Source: Parasitella parasitica NRRL 2501
Lineage: Eukaryota > Fungi > Mucoromycota
Direction: 5' to 3'
DNA: 64,000 nucleotides
Assembly (NCBI GenBank): GCA_025201805.1
Contig: MU619269.1
Coordinates: 164,708-228,707, forward strand
Position numbers and translations under genes: made by a program. Positions 25,390 through 37,101 of this stretch are shown one piece after another. Every line of letters begins with the position of its first letter. Positions within the stretch are counted from its first letter, which is position 1. The notes below the pieces were generated by a model, which saw nothing but the letters and a program-made list of their open reading frames with translations, was not told where the DNA came from and made no database searches.

Positions 25390-27030
25390 TGTATATTTCA
25401 GATGGCTCCTTTTACAGTGCAAGTCATCGTGTAAGTGTCGCTTTATTTTTCCCAGCCACACATCTTTTTCAGATGGCTTCATTTCCTGCAGAAAGAAGTT
25501 GAAAAAAAAGTGCATTTAACTGAGGAAATTGCCGAAACCGTTGCTTCCAAAGCATACGTTCATCGAAAGTTAAAGGAGCTACAGTTTGCGGCATCGTTGA
25601 ATAGACGAAAATTTGAATCATTGAAAGAAGCGGTTTTGAGTTCGATTAACAGTAGCGAGCCTCTCATTTTTGTAAAGAAGCTTCAAAGTATTCAAGAACA
25701 CAAACCAATGGTGTCAACTTTCGTAAGCGCTGTGAATCAAGGATAAAGAATAAAACATTTTGCCCCACAAAATACACCGATAAACGTGGGTATCGCTTTT
25801 TCTCTCTGTTGCCATTGTATTCAACGCAAAGAAAATCAATTCAGATTGACACACAAGCTTTCTGGAGACTGATCAGAGCTTCAACTGTTGATGGTTATAC
25901 TGCAGGAACTAAAAATGAAGAGCAACTGTCTGCGTTTTGTTACAAACTTTTTGATTTTTCTAAAATTGGATTTAAAACCAGAGGCTCTACAATGGAAAGA
26001 AGATTAAGTAAAAGTTCATATAGTTTTAATTTAGTGATGCCTTAGAACTTATCGAGTTATATTAGGAATGTTATCTACACGGATGGTTATTCAGTTTTTT
26101 TCTTTTCTCGAGAATTACAACGAAAAAGAAGAAAGACTCTCTTCCTGTAAAGCCATCTGACCTAAAAAAAAGGTATTGACAATGGATGCCAAGTGTGGGC
26201 GGTAGACCCTGGAATTAGCACGGTTTTTACTATAGTTGACCAAGCTGGTAGAGTGAGATCACTTAGTCAAAAGGAATATTATCACTTGTATGGGTTTAAT
26301 GATGCAGCTCACATTCGAAAGATTCATCAAGCAAAGCACACAGACAGTCGTAGAAAGATAAAAGAACTGGATTCATTAAAAACCGGAGAAGTTTCAAAAT
26401 TCTTGATTGCTTGAAGAAAGCGTATAAAATTCTACGATACAATGTATGAATTTTATAACAGAAACTTTTGGTAAGTGTAGCAAACTCTTGTATATATTTT
26501 ATAAATGTGTTAACCAAATGGAATAGGTCTTCAAAATTAAAGTTTAGATGCTATAGAAAGAAGCAAAAAGCCTTCAGCGAAATAGTCAAGATGTTTACTC
26601 ATGATAGTATCAAATATCGCACGGGTGCGTCCACCAATATGAAGACAACAACGAGAAACAACAATTCTTACTCCCGCCCTCCATCACTTGATGGATCAGT
26701 TAAGGCAAATAAAACCATCATTGCCAATGGAGATGGAAGATTTTCACCTACCATGAGAGGCAAAAGACCTGGACCTACAAAGACTATCATAAAAGCTCCT
26801 CAAAAATGCGAAGAAAATTGTGGCGTTACAGTCCAAATGGTAGACGAATACCTTCACCAGTCAAGTCAGCAACAATTGAAAACGTTGTACAACGATCATT
26901 TAATACACAAAAAAAAAAAGTTGTGCAACGATCAGCAAAGCGAAGAGTACATTCTGTGTTTCAGTATCAAGAAACTGCTTGTAATATTATTTGGAATTGC
27001 GATATAATGGCTGCAAAAAAAGAGTGACCA
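25390..27030 (+). pseudogene. Fanzor (eukaryotic TnpB-like RuvC nuclease) pseudogene
   Basis: FSLLPLY...IQID, NVIYTDGYSV, RuvC-I WAVDPG (D at 26205), GDGRF...GP, RuvC-II VDEYL[fs]TSQV (E at 26846), decayed zinc finger, RuvC-III WNCDIMAAK (D at 27001); several stops and frameshifts; GT-AG intron 26471-26526. Confidence 0.85.
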
Positions 27031-27334
27031 GCGTTCTGAATCAAAAGAATAATTGCAAGCATTGCGTGTCATTGATATTACTCTTTGATACGCCATGGGT
27101 ATTTGGTTTATCCTATACACCATAACAAGTGAGTAAAATTGTCCAAAAAACAAAGTTTTCTTTTGGAAATTTTGTAAAATTAGCATCTCCGTTGGAGATT
27201 AGCAAACGTATTTTTTTATTACAAAAACATGCCGAGTTGAGGAGACATGATGGAGTATTATATAACGAAAGATAATTATAAGAAGGGTATGTATGTTGAA
27301 TGCAAAAAGAAAAGAAGACAAATGAATTAGTAGG

Positions 27335-28889
27335 TTAATAAAGGACTCGAGTTTGAATGTTGGCACGGGTTTGAATAATTGCGGTGTAAAGACTCTTCAC
27401 GTCAGTTACATCAGCAATATCAGCCATTACATAGGCAATATCGCCCTTGGAGTCAGAATATTGCTTCTCAACATTATGATCAGAAAAGATTTCGTTAATT
27501 TCCTATAAATATAAATTTAGCTTGTGTTTAATAAAAACTGTATCTTGTAAAACCCCCAAGCTTACCCTGAGTACACCGGGGATATTTTGATGGATGTAAA
27601 GCACACGAACCGTATTCTTGTCATCTTCACGAATAGCACGCAAATCAACTTCTGGGAAATTGACTGCATTGAGCGATGCACCATCATTAATGTACTTTGT
27701 GAGCGATTGTGAGACTTCAAGACCAATCATGCGCTGAGCTTCTTCAGTGGATCCACCAATGTGAGGTGTCAAAACTAAATTCTTGCATGCTAATAATTCA
27801 GGATAGTAATCAAAATGAGGACCGTTGGCTGCAGGTTCTTTGGGGAAGACGTCAATACAAGCGCCAGCAAGACGACCAGATTGAAGCGCTTTTGTGAGAG
27901 CATGAATTTGGACAACGGTGCCGCGAGCGTTGTTCAACAAATAAGCGCCATCTTTCATTTGCTTGAGTTCGTGTTCGCCAATCATGTTTTTAGTGTCCTC
28001 AGTTTCAGGAACATGAAGACTAACAAAATCACTAATAGCCAAAAGCTCGTCAAGACATTCAAGCGGCTTAGCTTGACCAAGAGGCATGATTTGAAGCACA
28101 TCGTAAAAGTAAACTGTCATGCCCATAGCTTCCGCCAGCACCGATAATTGAGCGCCGATATGACCATACCCAACGATACCCAAAACCTTGCCGCGGATCT
28201 CATAGCATGCTTTAGAAACCTTATTCCAAACGCCCTGATGCATTTCCATATTACGATCGCCCAACTGACGAGCGAGCATAATAATTTCGCCAATAACAAG
28301 CTCGGCAACGGAACGGGAGTTACTGAAAGGTGAGTTGAATACGGCAACCTAAAAAGATTGTGTCAGACATTACTCATCCAATAAAAAGCAAACACGATAA
28401 ATTTCATGTAACTTACACCTTGTTTAGCAGCAGCTTGAAGATCGACTTGGTTTGTGCCAATACAGAAGCAGCCAATGGCCAACAAGTTCCTTGCATGTTC
28501 TAGCACTTGCTTGGTGAGTTTGGTCTTTGAACGAATGCCAATGACATGAACATCTCGAATCTTTTCGATCAACTCATCGCCAACTAAAGCCTTCGAGTAG
28601 GTTTCGACCTGCAGTAAAATTAGTCAGCGCATTGCATGTTGATTATGCACATGTTTGTGGCTATTGATTCTACCTGATATCCTTGCTTGGTGAAGGCACT
28701 GACAGCAGTTTCATTGACATTTTCCAGCAACAAAATCTTGACTTCGCTTGTATTAAAAGGACGAAGTACCTTGGCTTTTGGCAAGCTAAATGAACCTGAG
28801 CGGGTGCGCTTCGAATCCCCAACATCAGAAGATGTGGCATTGCTATTGCTCGCAGCAGCGGTTTCAGTTGATTTTTTAGCATGAACCAT
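27335..28889 (-). CDS. SER3: D-3-phosphoglycerate dehydrogenase with ACT domain, 4 exons
   Basis: KILLLENVN, GIRSKT, GCFCIGTNQVDL, GIVGYGHIGAQL, NNARG, TPHIGGSTEEAQ; C-terminal ACT domain ending TRVLY*. Confidence 0.96.
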
Positions 28890-29519
28890 TTTTGAAGAGT
28901 TAAAAATTAAAAGAGGAAAAAAGGGAAGAAGAAAGAGTATGGCAGGGAATCCGTTTCCTAGACATTTACAGCTATTTATATTGAGAAGTACAAAATAATA
29001 TCTTTTACTCCCAGAAATGAGATTCCAGATGTGATCATTGCGCAATATCTGTTTAACTTATTACACCTGGAGAAGAATCCAGACAAAATGATTCGGAGAT
29101 CAGTCAGGCAAGGTTGGCCCCTTTCTTTTGACCCTGTGATTCTTACCGTTATCTCAAAATCTGCGCACGAAAATGTTCTTTAATGTTTGTTTTGCATCTT
29201 GATCAATAACACATCCTCTGTAAACAAGCAACAGTGACACATTTCAGATGTAAACTATGACTGGCTATATGATCGTGTGACATTAGATAAGCCGGGTTTA
29301 AACATTTACCATTGGCAGCTTTCATCATCTCTGATCAAACAATAAATGTGAGGAAGCAAATGACTAATCTCAAGCTGTATCTCTTTTTTTTTTATTTACA
29401 AATCTGGATAAATTTGTTGATCATCATTTTGCGATATACTGATTTCAGATGCTGTAGAGCGAATTTACCTAAAGATATCCAAGCTTTTACTGTAGAAATG
29501 CAAATAAAACTTGCTTGAT

Positions 29520-32500
29520 AATTGTGTCACACTTGCCAATATAATCTTCTTATCTTTTTTCTCTCCAAAGATGTCATGGTTTTTTCCGCTAATAAACCAA
29601 ATGGCACCTTTAAGGGCCCGAATTCACACAAAACTCACTTAAAATCTTGGTCTGACGCCGTAACAGGTGGCTCCCAGACATACTCGAGCGCCATGTCTGA
29701 TCCACCATCACACCAGCCTCAAGATAAATCTGATCAATCCACCTCTAGCGCTAGTAGATCCCCCCCAAGATCACTTTGCTGAAGAAAAGGTATGTCCCTG
29801 TATCCAGGGCTCCGTACCTCATTCCATCATCATTGACATCAGCAATGCTCTTGACAACAAACAAACATTCATTGTTGATTTGAGCATCTTCTGTAAAGGA
29901 AACGTCCATATCTGGGCCATTTCTGACAAACTGATCAAAGACCACAATCGATTGTATGCTGAAATTACTGTTTCTCCACAAATGTACCATCAATTCCTCA
30001 GGGACCCTACTCTCAAATTGGAAAATTTTGACAAACCTTTTATGGCTTATCCGTCTCTTTCGCCCTCCGCAAACATTGTCAAACTGTCTTTGTCACAATT
30101 ACCCCATCAATATGGTGGACAGCAGGGAAAAGAACAACTCCAGGAAGACATGCGCTTCAACCTCAATGAATTTGGTGACGTATTGAGTTGCGGCATCGTT
30201 TTTGGTGGCAGTGGTAGTTACACTGGTGGCGGCTATGCTGTTCTAGCTGTAAAGGAAGGCCACCATAAGAAATTATAACATACTTAGAATTGGAATTTTC
30301 AGTTAGTGGATTTTATTTCTAAATCCAACGACCTATCCGATGATCGTGAATCGGTCCTTATTCATGCTATGTGGGCTGCTATGCCTCCTTTTTGCAAATA
30401 TTGTCATTCAATGGACCACGCTTTGATTGATTGCACAATTCGCAAGAAGAAATTCACCTGCGATCTATGTTCCTAGTTTGGACACAACAAACGAGATTGC
30501 CCTCGTCGCAATCAGTCTTCTAATGAATCCGGCATAAAACGTAATGTTTCTCCAGGACAGCAGAAGACTTTGATTACGGCATCATCCTCCGCCTCTGCCT
30601 CTGCTGCATCATTAATGCACAAGGCTGTTATTCCTAAGGCTGCTGCCAGCACTGCTGCTGACGCCCCCGCTGCTGCTGACCCCAGAGCGACGGTCGAAGT
30701 CAAAGCTGCTGTTGACCTCAGAGCTCCTGCTGAAGCCCCCGCTGCTGCTGACCCCAGAGCTAATGCTGATGCCCAAGCTACTGTTGGCCGCAGTGCTATT
30801 ACTACTATTGATACCACAGGTGCTAGCGGCGCTCCTACGGAGCCAGCACCCTCGCATCACCACAATACTAGATCCAACACCTTACCCAAGTCCCAGGACA
30901 TTGGAATTACTCCAATTGTCATCGCGGTTTGTAAGCATTGTAACTTACCTGGGCATAAGCGTACCAACCATAGGGCTTGTTTGAAGAATCCTAACAATCT
31001 TCCACAACTGCCTCAACTGGACGACGATGAACGCATGGACACTGACGAGTCCCCCGCTTCCAGATGCAATTGATCCTCAGGCAATCTCTGACCTGTTAGA
31101 CTCTTTACCAACCTCACTTCGTCTTTCGGATGCTGCTGCCCAATCGGTTGTGGCTCCTATCACATTTGAGGATCTGGCTGAAGCCTTCGCTCGCGCTCCG
31201 GATAAATCGTCTCCTGGTAAAGATGGTCTGCCATACCAACTTGTCCAACTTATTGTCTTACATCCAGGCTGTCGGGAAATTACGCTGGCTAATTTTAACA
31301 ATGCTCTTTCCTTTGCTGACATCCCTCCGTCCTGGCTTGAGTCCTGCGTCTCCTTGCTTCCGAAGAAGGGTACATTGGATCTTTTAAAAAATTGGCGCCC
31401 TATTGCATTGATCAACACTGATGCAAAAGTGTTTACACGAATTCTTAGTGCCCGAATGATCGAAACCGCTTCTACACTGATCAATTCTTTCCAAACTGGT
31501 TTTGTTCGAGGCAGGTTCATCGCCGATAATGGTATTTTGATGAAACTCATCATGGAACATGCCAACTCCACCAAGTCCTCCAGCATCGGCTTACTCTTGG
31601 ATCAAGAGAAAGCATATGATCGGGTCCACCCCACATACCTTCGAGCCGTGCTCTTGCGCTTTGGTTATCCTGAAGCTTTGGTAAACTACATCCCTCATCT
31701 CTTCTTTGACAATCACATGGTTATCAATGTCAATGGATTCTTGACGTCCAGTGTCCCTCAACATCGAGGCTTAAAGCAGGGTGATCCCCTCAGCCCCATC
31801 TTATTCAATCTGGCCTTCGAACCTCTGTTGCGACGAATCTTGGGTGATAACGCCTTGGCGGGTTTTACATTACCTTCGCCCAGCTCAACATTGATCTCCA
31901 CCAACCGTGCATCCACTGCAATCAAAATGATGGCATATGCTGATGATATCGTTTGCTTGCTGAATTCTACCTCAGAACTCGAGCAATTACAACATCATCT
32001 AAACGTCTATTCGGCTGCATCTAATGCGCTGGTCAATTATCATAAAACCGAAGCGATATCTCTTTCCGGTTCCCCTGCGATTTATGGATCCTTATGGCGT
32101 TCCGCTCTCCTTCGTTATAATATCACCAGCTGGCATGATGCTCGATCCATTGCCCCTATCCGTTATTCAGGCTTTCCTCTCTATACATCCATTGCACAAC
32201 GGAATGTATTTCTAGAGCAAATTCTCGAGAAGATATGTCAAGGCTGTCTCATCCACCAACAACGCGGATTGTCTGTGCGAGGCAGGTCGACTGTCCTGAA
32301 TTCCCTCGTCCTCAGTACACTTCGGCATGTTCTGCGCGTAATGACAGTGCTCATCTCATTCTTTGCCTCTCTCAATTCCTTCATTTCGTCCTTCATCAAC
32401 TACAGGATCTTTCCGCGCATCAGTGTTGATACGGCGTGTTTACCTCGATCACAAGGCGGCCTAGGCTTGATTAATCCACAACTACAGCAAAGTGCGTTAC

Positions 32501-33570
32501 ATTTGCGTTGGCTTCGCCCGCTTCTAGATCAAACCAGCGCCCAAATCTTGTCTAGCTCGTTGATCGTTTTACATCGCCTTGTCTCATTTTTGTTGTCTCG
32601 TTCTCCCCCCTCTCCCAGTCTTTACCCATCTCCTCCTCAACACCTAGATCATCGTTTCTCCTTGCTGTTTCCTTGTCGTCGCCCGACCCCGCTTCGTTAC
32701 AACGAAAGATCCTGGTCTTTATTGTTTAAAGCCATTGACCGACTATCCAAGGATTTTTCAAACACCATTGTCAGTGCATCCACCTATCTAGAGATCCCTC
32801 TGGCATCTGTGGTCATTCCTTCTTCCTCTTCGGTAGACCTTAGTCGTTCGCTCGCTAAGCTACCTAGCTCGTTAGCCTATACCATGGACTCGGACACCGA
32901 TTTCTGTCTTCGTCCAAAGCGCCCCGGCGAATTTTCTGTCCATTCCAACCTTGCAAAGAGGTTTATGAAATTAGTTAAACATAATGACATCAAGCTCGCC
33001 CCTTTCTTTGTTCGAGCGTTCATCCATTCTCACTTTTCAGCCCTTGGTCGATTCCCTTTTCGGCAGGTCGCGGACCATTCGATTATTGACTTGACACCTT
33101 TCGTCAAGACTTTGAATCTCTGCTCTTCTCCTGACACTGGAATTCGTCGCCAAGAGCTGTCAACAAAATCCTACCGTAGGCTATGCAGGTCACCACCACC
33201 TGACACACCACTCCTCCCGCTTCCTTTCAGCCCTGATATCCCGGTAAACTGGTTCGACTTTTGGCTACTATCAATCTCTCATTCCTGCCGAAACATTTGG
33301 TACCGTTTCCTCCATCGGAAACTCCCTCACAAATCACTACTAAATCGCATAATCCCTGAATTCTTTCCAACCCCTTCTTGTGCCCTCTGCTCTCAATCCA
33401 ACGATACACTGGACCACTTTCTTTTCTCGTGTCCCATTAAATTGACCGTATGGCAATTGATTCAACAGCGCCACCTTCCATTCCTTGCCAGTTCGTTGAC
33501 TTCCTTTGATCTCCACCTACTCCTCACTACTCTCCGCTTTCCTACTGATTTTCCTCAATCAGCGACGAAC
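29520..33570 (+). mobile_element. Non-LTR retrotransposon (L1/Tx1-like LINE), degenerate, endonuclease deleted
   Basis: Disrupted ORF1 with CCHC knuckles followed by an RT ORF with a C-terminal zinc finger. Confidence 0.9.
29576..31073 (+). pseudogene. LINE ORF1 (gag-like) with zinc knuckles, frameshifted
   Basis: CKYCHSMDHALIDC, CDLCS*FGHNKRDC, CKHCNLPGHKRTNHRAC; Ala-rich internal repeats 30640-30790; in-frame stops near 30276 and 30475. Confidence 0.8.
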
Positions 33571-33672
33571 TTTGAAATAAAATATACATTATATAGCTAT
33601 AGCCAGATACATACTATACACGCGCCGAATGTCAATTACCCCTCAACTATCTGCATTCATAAGTATGAATGA
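31027..33672 (+). CDS. LINE ORF2 reverse transcriptase plus zf-RVT, lacking the APE endonuclease
   Basis: SPGKDG, NWRPIALINTDAKVF, QTGFV, LDQEKAYDRV, GLKQGDPLSP, YADD, GGLG, CALC...DHFLFSC; open for 881 codons; the last ~35 codons are unrelated read-through. Confidence 0.9.
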   Translation: MNAWTLTSPPLPDAIDPQAISDLLDSLPTSLRLSDAAAQSVVAPITFEDLAEAFARAPDKSSPGKDGLPYQLVQLIVLHPGCREITLANFNNALSFADIPPSWLESCVSLLPKKGTLDLLKNWRPIALINTDAKVFTRILSARMIETASTLINSFQTGFVRGRFIADNGILMKLIMEHANSTKSSSIGLLLDQEKAYDRVHPTYLRAVLLRFGYPEALVNYIPHLFFDNHMVINVNGFLTSSVPQHRGLKQGDPLSPILFNLAFEPLLRRILGDNALAGFTLPSPSSTLISTNRASTAIKMMAYADDIVCLLNSTSELEQLQHHLNVYSAASNALVNYHKTEAISLSGSPAIYGSLWRSALLRYNITSWHDARSIAPIRYSGFPLYTSIAQRNVFLEQILEKICQGCLIHQQRGLSVRGRSTVLNSLVLSTLRHVLRVMTVLISFFASLNSFISSFINYRIFPRISVDTACLPRSQGGLGLINPQLQQSALHLRWLRPLLDQTSAQILSSSLIVLHRLVSFLLSRSPPSPSLYPSPPQHLDHRFSLLFPCRRPTPLRYNERSWSLLFKAIDRLSKDFSNTIVSASTYLEIPLASVVIPSSSSVDLSRSLAKLPSSLAYTMDSDTDFCLRPKRPGEFSVHSNLAKRFMKLVKHNDIKLAPFFVRAFIHSHFSALGRFPFRQVADHSIIDLTPFVKTLNLCSSPDTGIRRQELSTKSYRRLCRSPPPDTPLLPLPFSPDIPVNWFDFWLLSISHSCRNIWYRFLHRKLPHKSLLNRIIPEFFPTPSCALCSQSNDTLDHFLFSCPIKLTVWQLIQQRHLPFLASSLTSFDLHLLLTTLRFPTDFPQSATNFEIKYTLYSYSQIHTIHAPNVNYPSTICIHKYE

Positions 33673-33977
33673 AGGACTTGTTATCAGTGATATCATCAAA
33701 CACAAACGAATTTCAGTGGAAGAAATTAAAAGGATGTGGATACGACGATTTACTTCAGGAGTCAAAGACAATGTACCTATCATAGATTCCGTAGAAGTAA
33801 ACTGGGTTGGCTTACTAGCTGAAGGAGTAAAAAAAGCAAAAGAAATTATGATACAATCCCTTAAAGGCAAAAGAACCTTTGCGCTTTTAGAAGGTTATGA
33901 AAAAGAAAACGATTCTATTGCAAAATCAGTGGCTGGGCCACAAGCCGATGGCAATACTAATAAGGTATCTATCTATA

Positions 33978-34262
33978 TCTATATAATTACAAGCAAAGCA
34001 TTATATCAAAAGAGCTCTCCAAAAATCATACAATAAATGTAGTATATACTGAAGTGTTTCAATCTTCTTAAATATATAAGCAAACTGTGCAATACAAACT
34101 GGAACTTTTTTTTTATTTCGATTGATTTAGCATTGTCGAGTGGGACAGCCCGCTGCAGGCGCGAGCTATGCACCCCCCAATAGAACGAAGGTCGAAAAAT
34201 ATCACCGAAGCGAAGCGAAGGCCGATTTTTTTCACCATAGTTCGGGGGTGTATGAAAGCTCG
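33978..34262 (+). mobile_element. Mini non-autonomous Helitron
   Basis: 5' A|TCTATATAATTA; long 3' stem-loop with GCGAAGC core (34163-34262) ending CTCG. Confidence 0.6.
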
Positions 34263-35641
34263 TCTATATAATTAAAAAAATGGTCTGCTAACTTTTTTTA
34301 CACGCTTCGTCGCTTGAAGCTCTAAATCAAGAAGAAATGGAGTTAACAAATGCTTTAGTTGGTTTTTTCAGTTCCATTCCAGTTTGTTAAATTTCGAGAA
34401 GTTGGCATTGAGCCAAGCACATCCTCAATTTCAGAAACTGATTAAAAATACTTTAAAACTTCAGCAAAATGTGCGTATGAAACAAAACATAAAATAGATG
34501 ATCATGTACATTAATTTAAAATTAAAACCCTCTAAACAAAGTGAATAGTGTCGAAATTCGGGCGAAAAAGCTTGAATCTTTCGAAATTGGACACGGTCTA
34601 ACCAGCAAAAGCGACTTTTTAAGCTGCACACTCTGTTTTATTATTTAATACAAATATGTTGACGCTTTTTATTACTACAAACACAGAGTGCCAGCTATTA
34701 AAATCTGCTCAAGCTGTGGTCAAGAAGGCCATTCGCGTTCTGCAAGCAGGCTTTGCCTCAATAACACCCGTGCTAATACTAACAATTGCGGAAGCTGTGG
34801 TGTCATAGGCCATCATCGATCTTCTTATCGTTATTGCGCTAACAACATTGCTAATTGTATGACTCAAATTTGTTTTCACTTTACAATCATAATCGAACTC
34901 TTCGTATAAACTGGGATCTCAATCTGAAACTATGAAAGTAGATCAGCAAACAGAAACAATCAGCGTTAATGATGCAACCAGCAGACGTGTTTGTTCAAGC
35001 TGTGGACAAGAAAGTCATTTGCGATCTACCAGTAGATTGGGTGCCAAATTAATACACAACAATACTCATAACATGGCTAGAAGAATTACACCCTCTTTCA
35101 CCAAACGCCATGATCTTGGTGGAAGGAACAGCATCTGTCGCCATTGTCAAGCACGCATGTGGGCATAGAGAAAAATGGAGGCACCAGTGCAAACCCCGAT
35201 TTTCTCTTTGTGCTGTCCTGAGTTGATTGCTAATTTTCTGTTAGACCTGTATTCACCTTGACCATCAAGGCCCAAGGTCACTCGACTTTCTTGGTCTTTT
35301 TCTCACACGGCCAGTTATATGTTGCTTTCTCGCACATTAAGCAGCTATCTTCAATCAAAATTCTTCTGCATAGAAATACCTCAACTACCAAAAACTATAC
35401 TGGATCATACACCGATAATATTGTATTCCATGAGGTATTTAAATAACTCTACTGCTTTTTATGTTTTTTTTCCTATTGTGCCTTACTACATCTCTATTTT
35501 TATTTCTGTCTAACAATATATTTTAAGTTATAGATAAACAACAATAAAAGAGCATTGAATATCTGATTAGCACTTATCAAATGATTGAGCTCCCAGTAGG
35601 GCGACGATGGCCGTCGTGAGCGAAGCGAGCAGGTCAGCTAG
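34263..35641 (+). mobile_element. Internally deleted Helitron
   Basis: 5' TCTATATAATTA; N-terminal CSSCGQEGH knuckles and CRHCQARMW...FSLCC; Pif1 C-terminus FSHGQLYVAFS...TDNIVFHEVF; 3' hairpin GAGCGAAGCGAGC then CTAG|T. Confidence 0.85.
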
Positions 35642-36194
35642 TACAATTAAAAATAATAATTAAAAATAATAATTAATTCATGCCTCGATTTAGAAAAAAA
35701 AAAAGGAAAAGAGACAGCTCACTATGTCCAAGAAGCAACGGAATCTGATGCTATACAACCAAAACATTTCGGGTCTAATGTACAATCCATAGACAGTTCT
35801 AGTGTAGATACCATAGCCAAATCTAGCGTACAGTCTGATGATGTTTCAGCTCAAAGTACCCCTTTTTTACAGATCATTTACAGTAACAACGACGTCGATA
35901 GTTCTTATAAAGAAAAGGAGTCGGAAACTACGACCAATATATCGTCTGCTTGGTGTATTGTGGGTTACGTTTGGTCGATGACACTCAGTGAATTAAATAT
36001 TATCTCTGAAGGAAAGAAAGAAATGGTTACTAGCAATTCAAATATAAAGTCGATATATGATAATACTCACAATCTTGCCTTTGAAAAGCTTTTAAAACCA
36101 TCAGATATTGACAAAAGACCTTTTCTATCTGCTATGAAACATTTGTTGTTTCATTTAGTGACGGATATTATCCATATGAGCGTGTTTCTGTTGG

Positions 36195-37101
36195 ACTGTT
36201 GCCCACCTCCTTCAACAAGAACAGCCTGAGCCTTTGAATGGATTGATCAACGGAAGTCATCCACGCTCAGCGCATTTCTTGCAGCATATGAGACGGTACA
36301 ACACTTTGTTTGCGTTTACCTCATTTGGTACTGATGCCACCCCTGAGCAACTTCAACGAGAGAGACAAGAAGAAATCAGAGATGGAATCATTCCAGTTCG
36401 TGTTCATGGAGAACTATATCATTTGCAAGCTCCTTTGAATTTGAACAACAGCCAGCTGTGTATTTATGATCCGGATTATTCTGCTGCAATTCGATCTGCA
36501 GATCAACGGAATGAAGGGTTAGATGAGACAGTCATTGAGCAGTTGAGCGAGATGATTGCTAATCCAGAAATTTTTGGCAACCCTTTTGTCCAAGTATACA
36601 AGCACACTCACGAAATTTTGAGAGAGGAAGAGGAGCGACAAGCCCAAAATGGTATCAACGAAGATGCTCACATCAGGCTCAACCTTCAGATGCGAATGGA
36701 GCTAATTGTTGGTGAAGACAGCCGCACCCAAAATCTGCCAACTGTCAACGAGATTGCGGCTATTATACCCAACGAATATGCTGACAGGAGTTTCAGAGAT
36801 ATTTTGATTACATATCGAAATAGCTCCTCCACCAGTGCTCAGGGTCTTTTCAAAAGAATTAATGAAACGCATGCTGCCCACATGCCCCTTCATTATGTCT
36901 TGCTTTTCCCTAGAGGCGAATATCCAGTAGAGGGACGTGGGGTGGGGGTTCATTAGGGATACTTCCCTCTGACTATTATGTAAACTTCTCCATAATTATC
37001 AATGCCTGATTGCTTGATTTAACTAAATTTTTATTGTTGTGTAAATTAGATCTTCCCGCAGAGCGACGCCGTCATCGAGCGTAGCGAGATCAAACGGCTA
37101 G
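36195..37101 (+). mobile_element. Helitron fragment (pre-Rep region plus 3' terminus)
   Basis: RRYNTLFAFTSFG, VHGELYH, QLCIYDP, NPFV, NLPTVNEIAAII, PLHYVLLFPRGE motifs; 3' hairpin GCCGT...GAGCGTAGCGAG...ACGGC followed by CTAG|T. Confidence 0.88.

Larger units (their letters stand above)
33629..36200 (+). pseudogene. Uncharacterised gene whose intron contains Helitron insertions (exon ~33629-33964, exon ~35693-36200)
   Basis: ORF ends AAG|GTATCT at 33964; acceptor TTTAG at ~35692 is followed by a long open frame GKETAHYVQEATESD... running into the 35960-36229 ORF; apparent frameshift in an A-run. Confidence 0.45.

Noticed and set aside
26412-26414. In-frame TGA in the Fanzor as selenocysteine or readthrough
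   Set aside because: The gene has several other stops and frameshifts, so simple decay explains it
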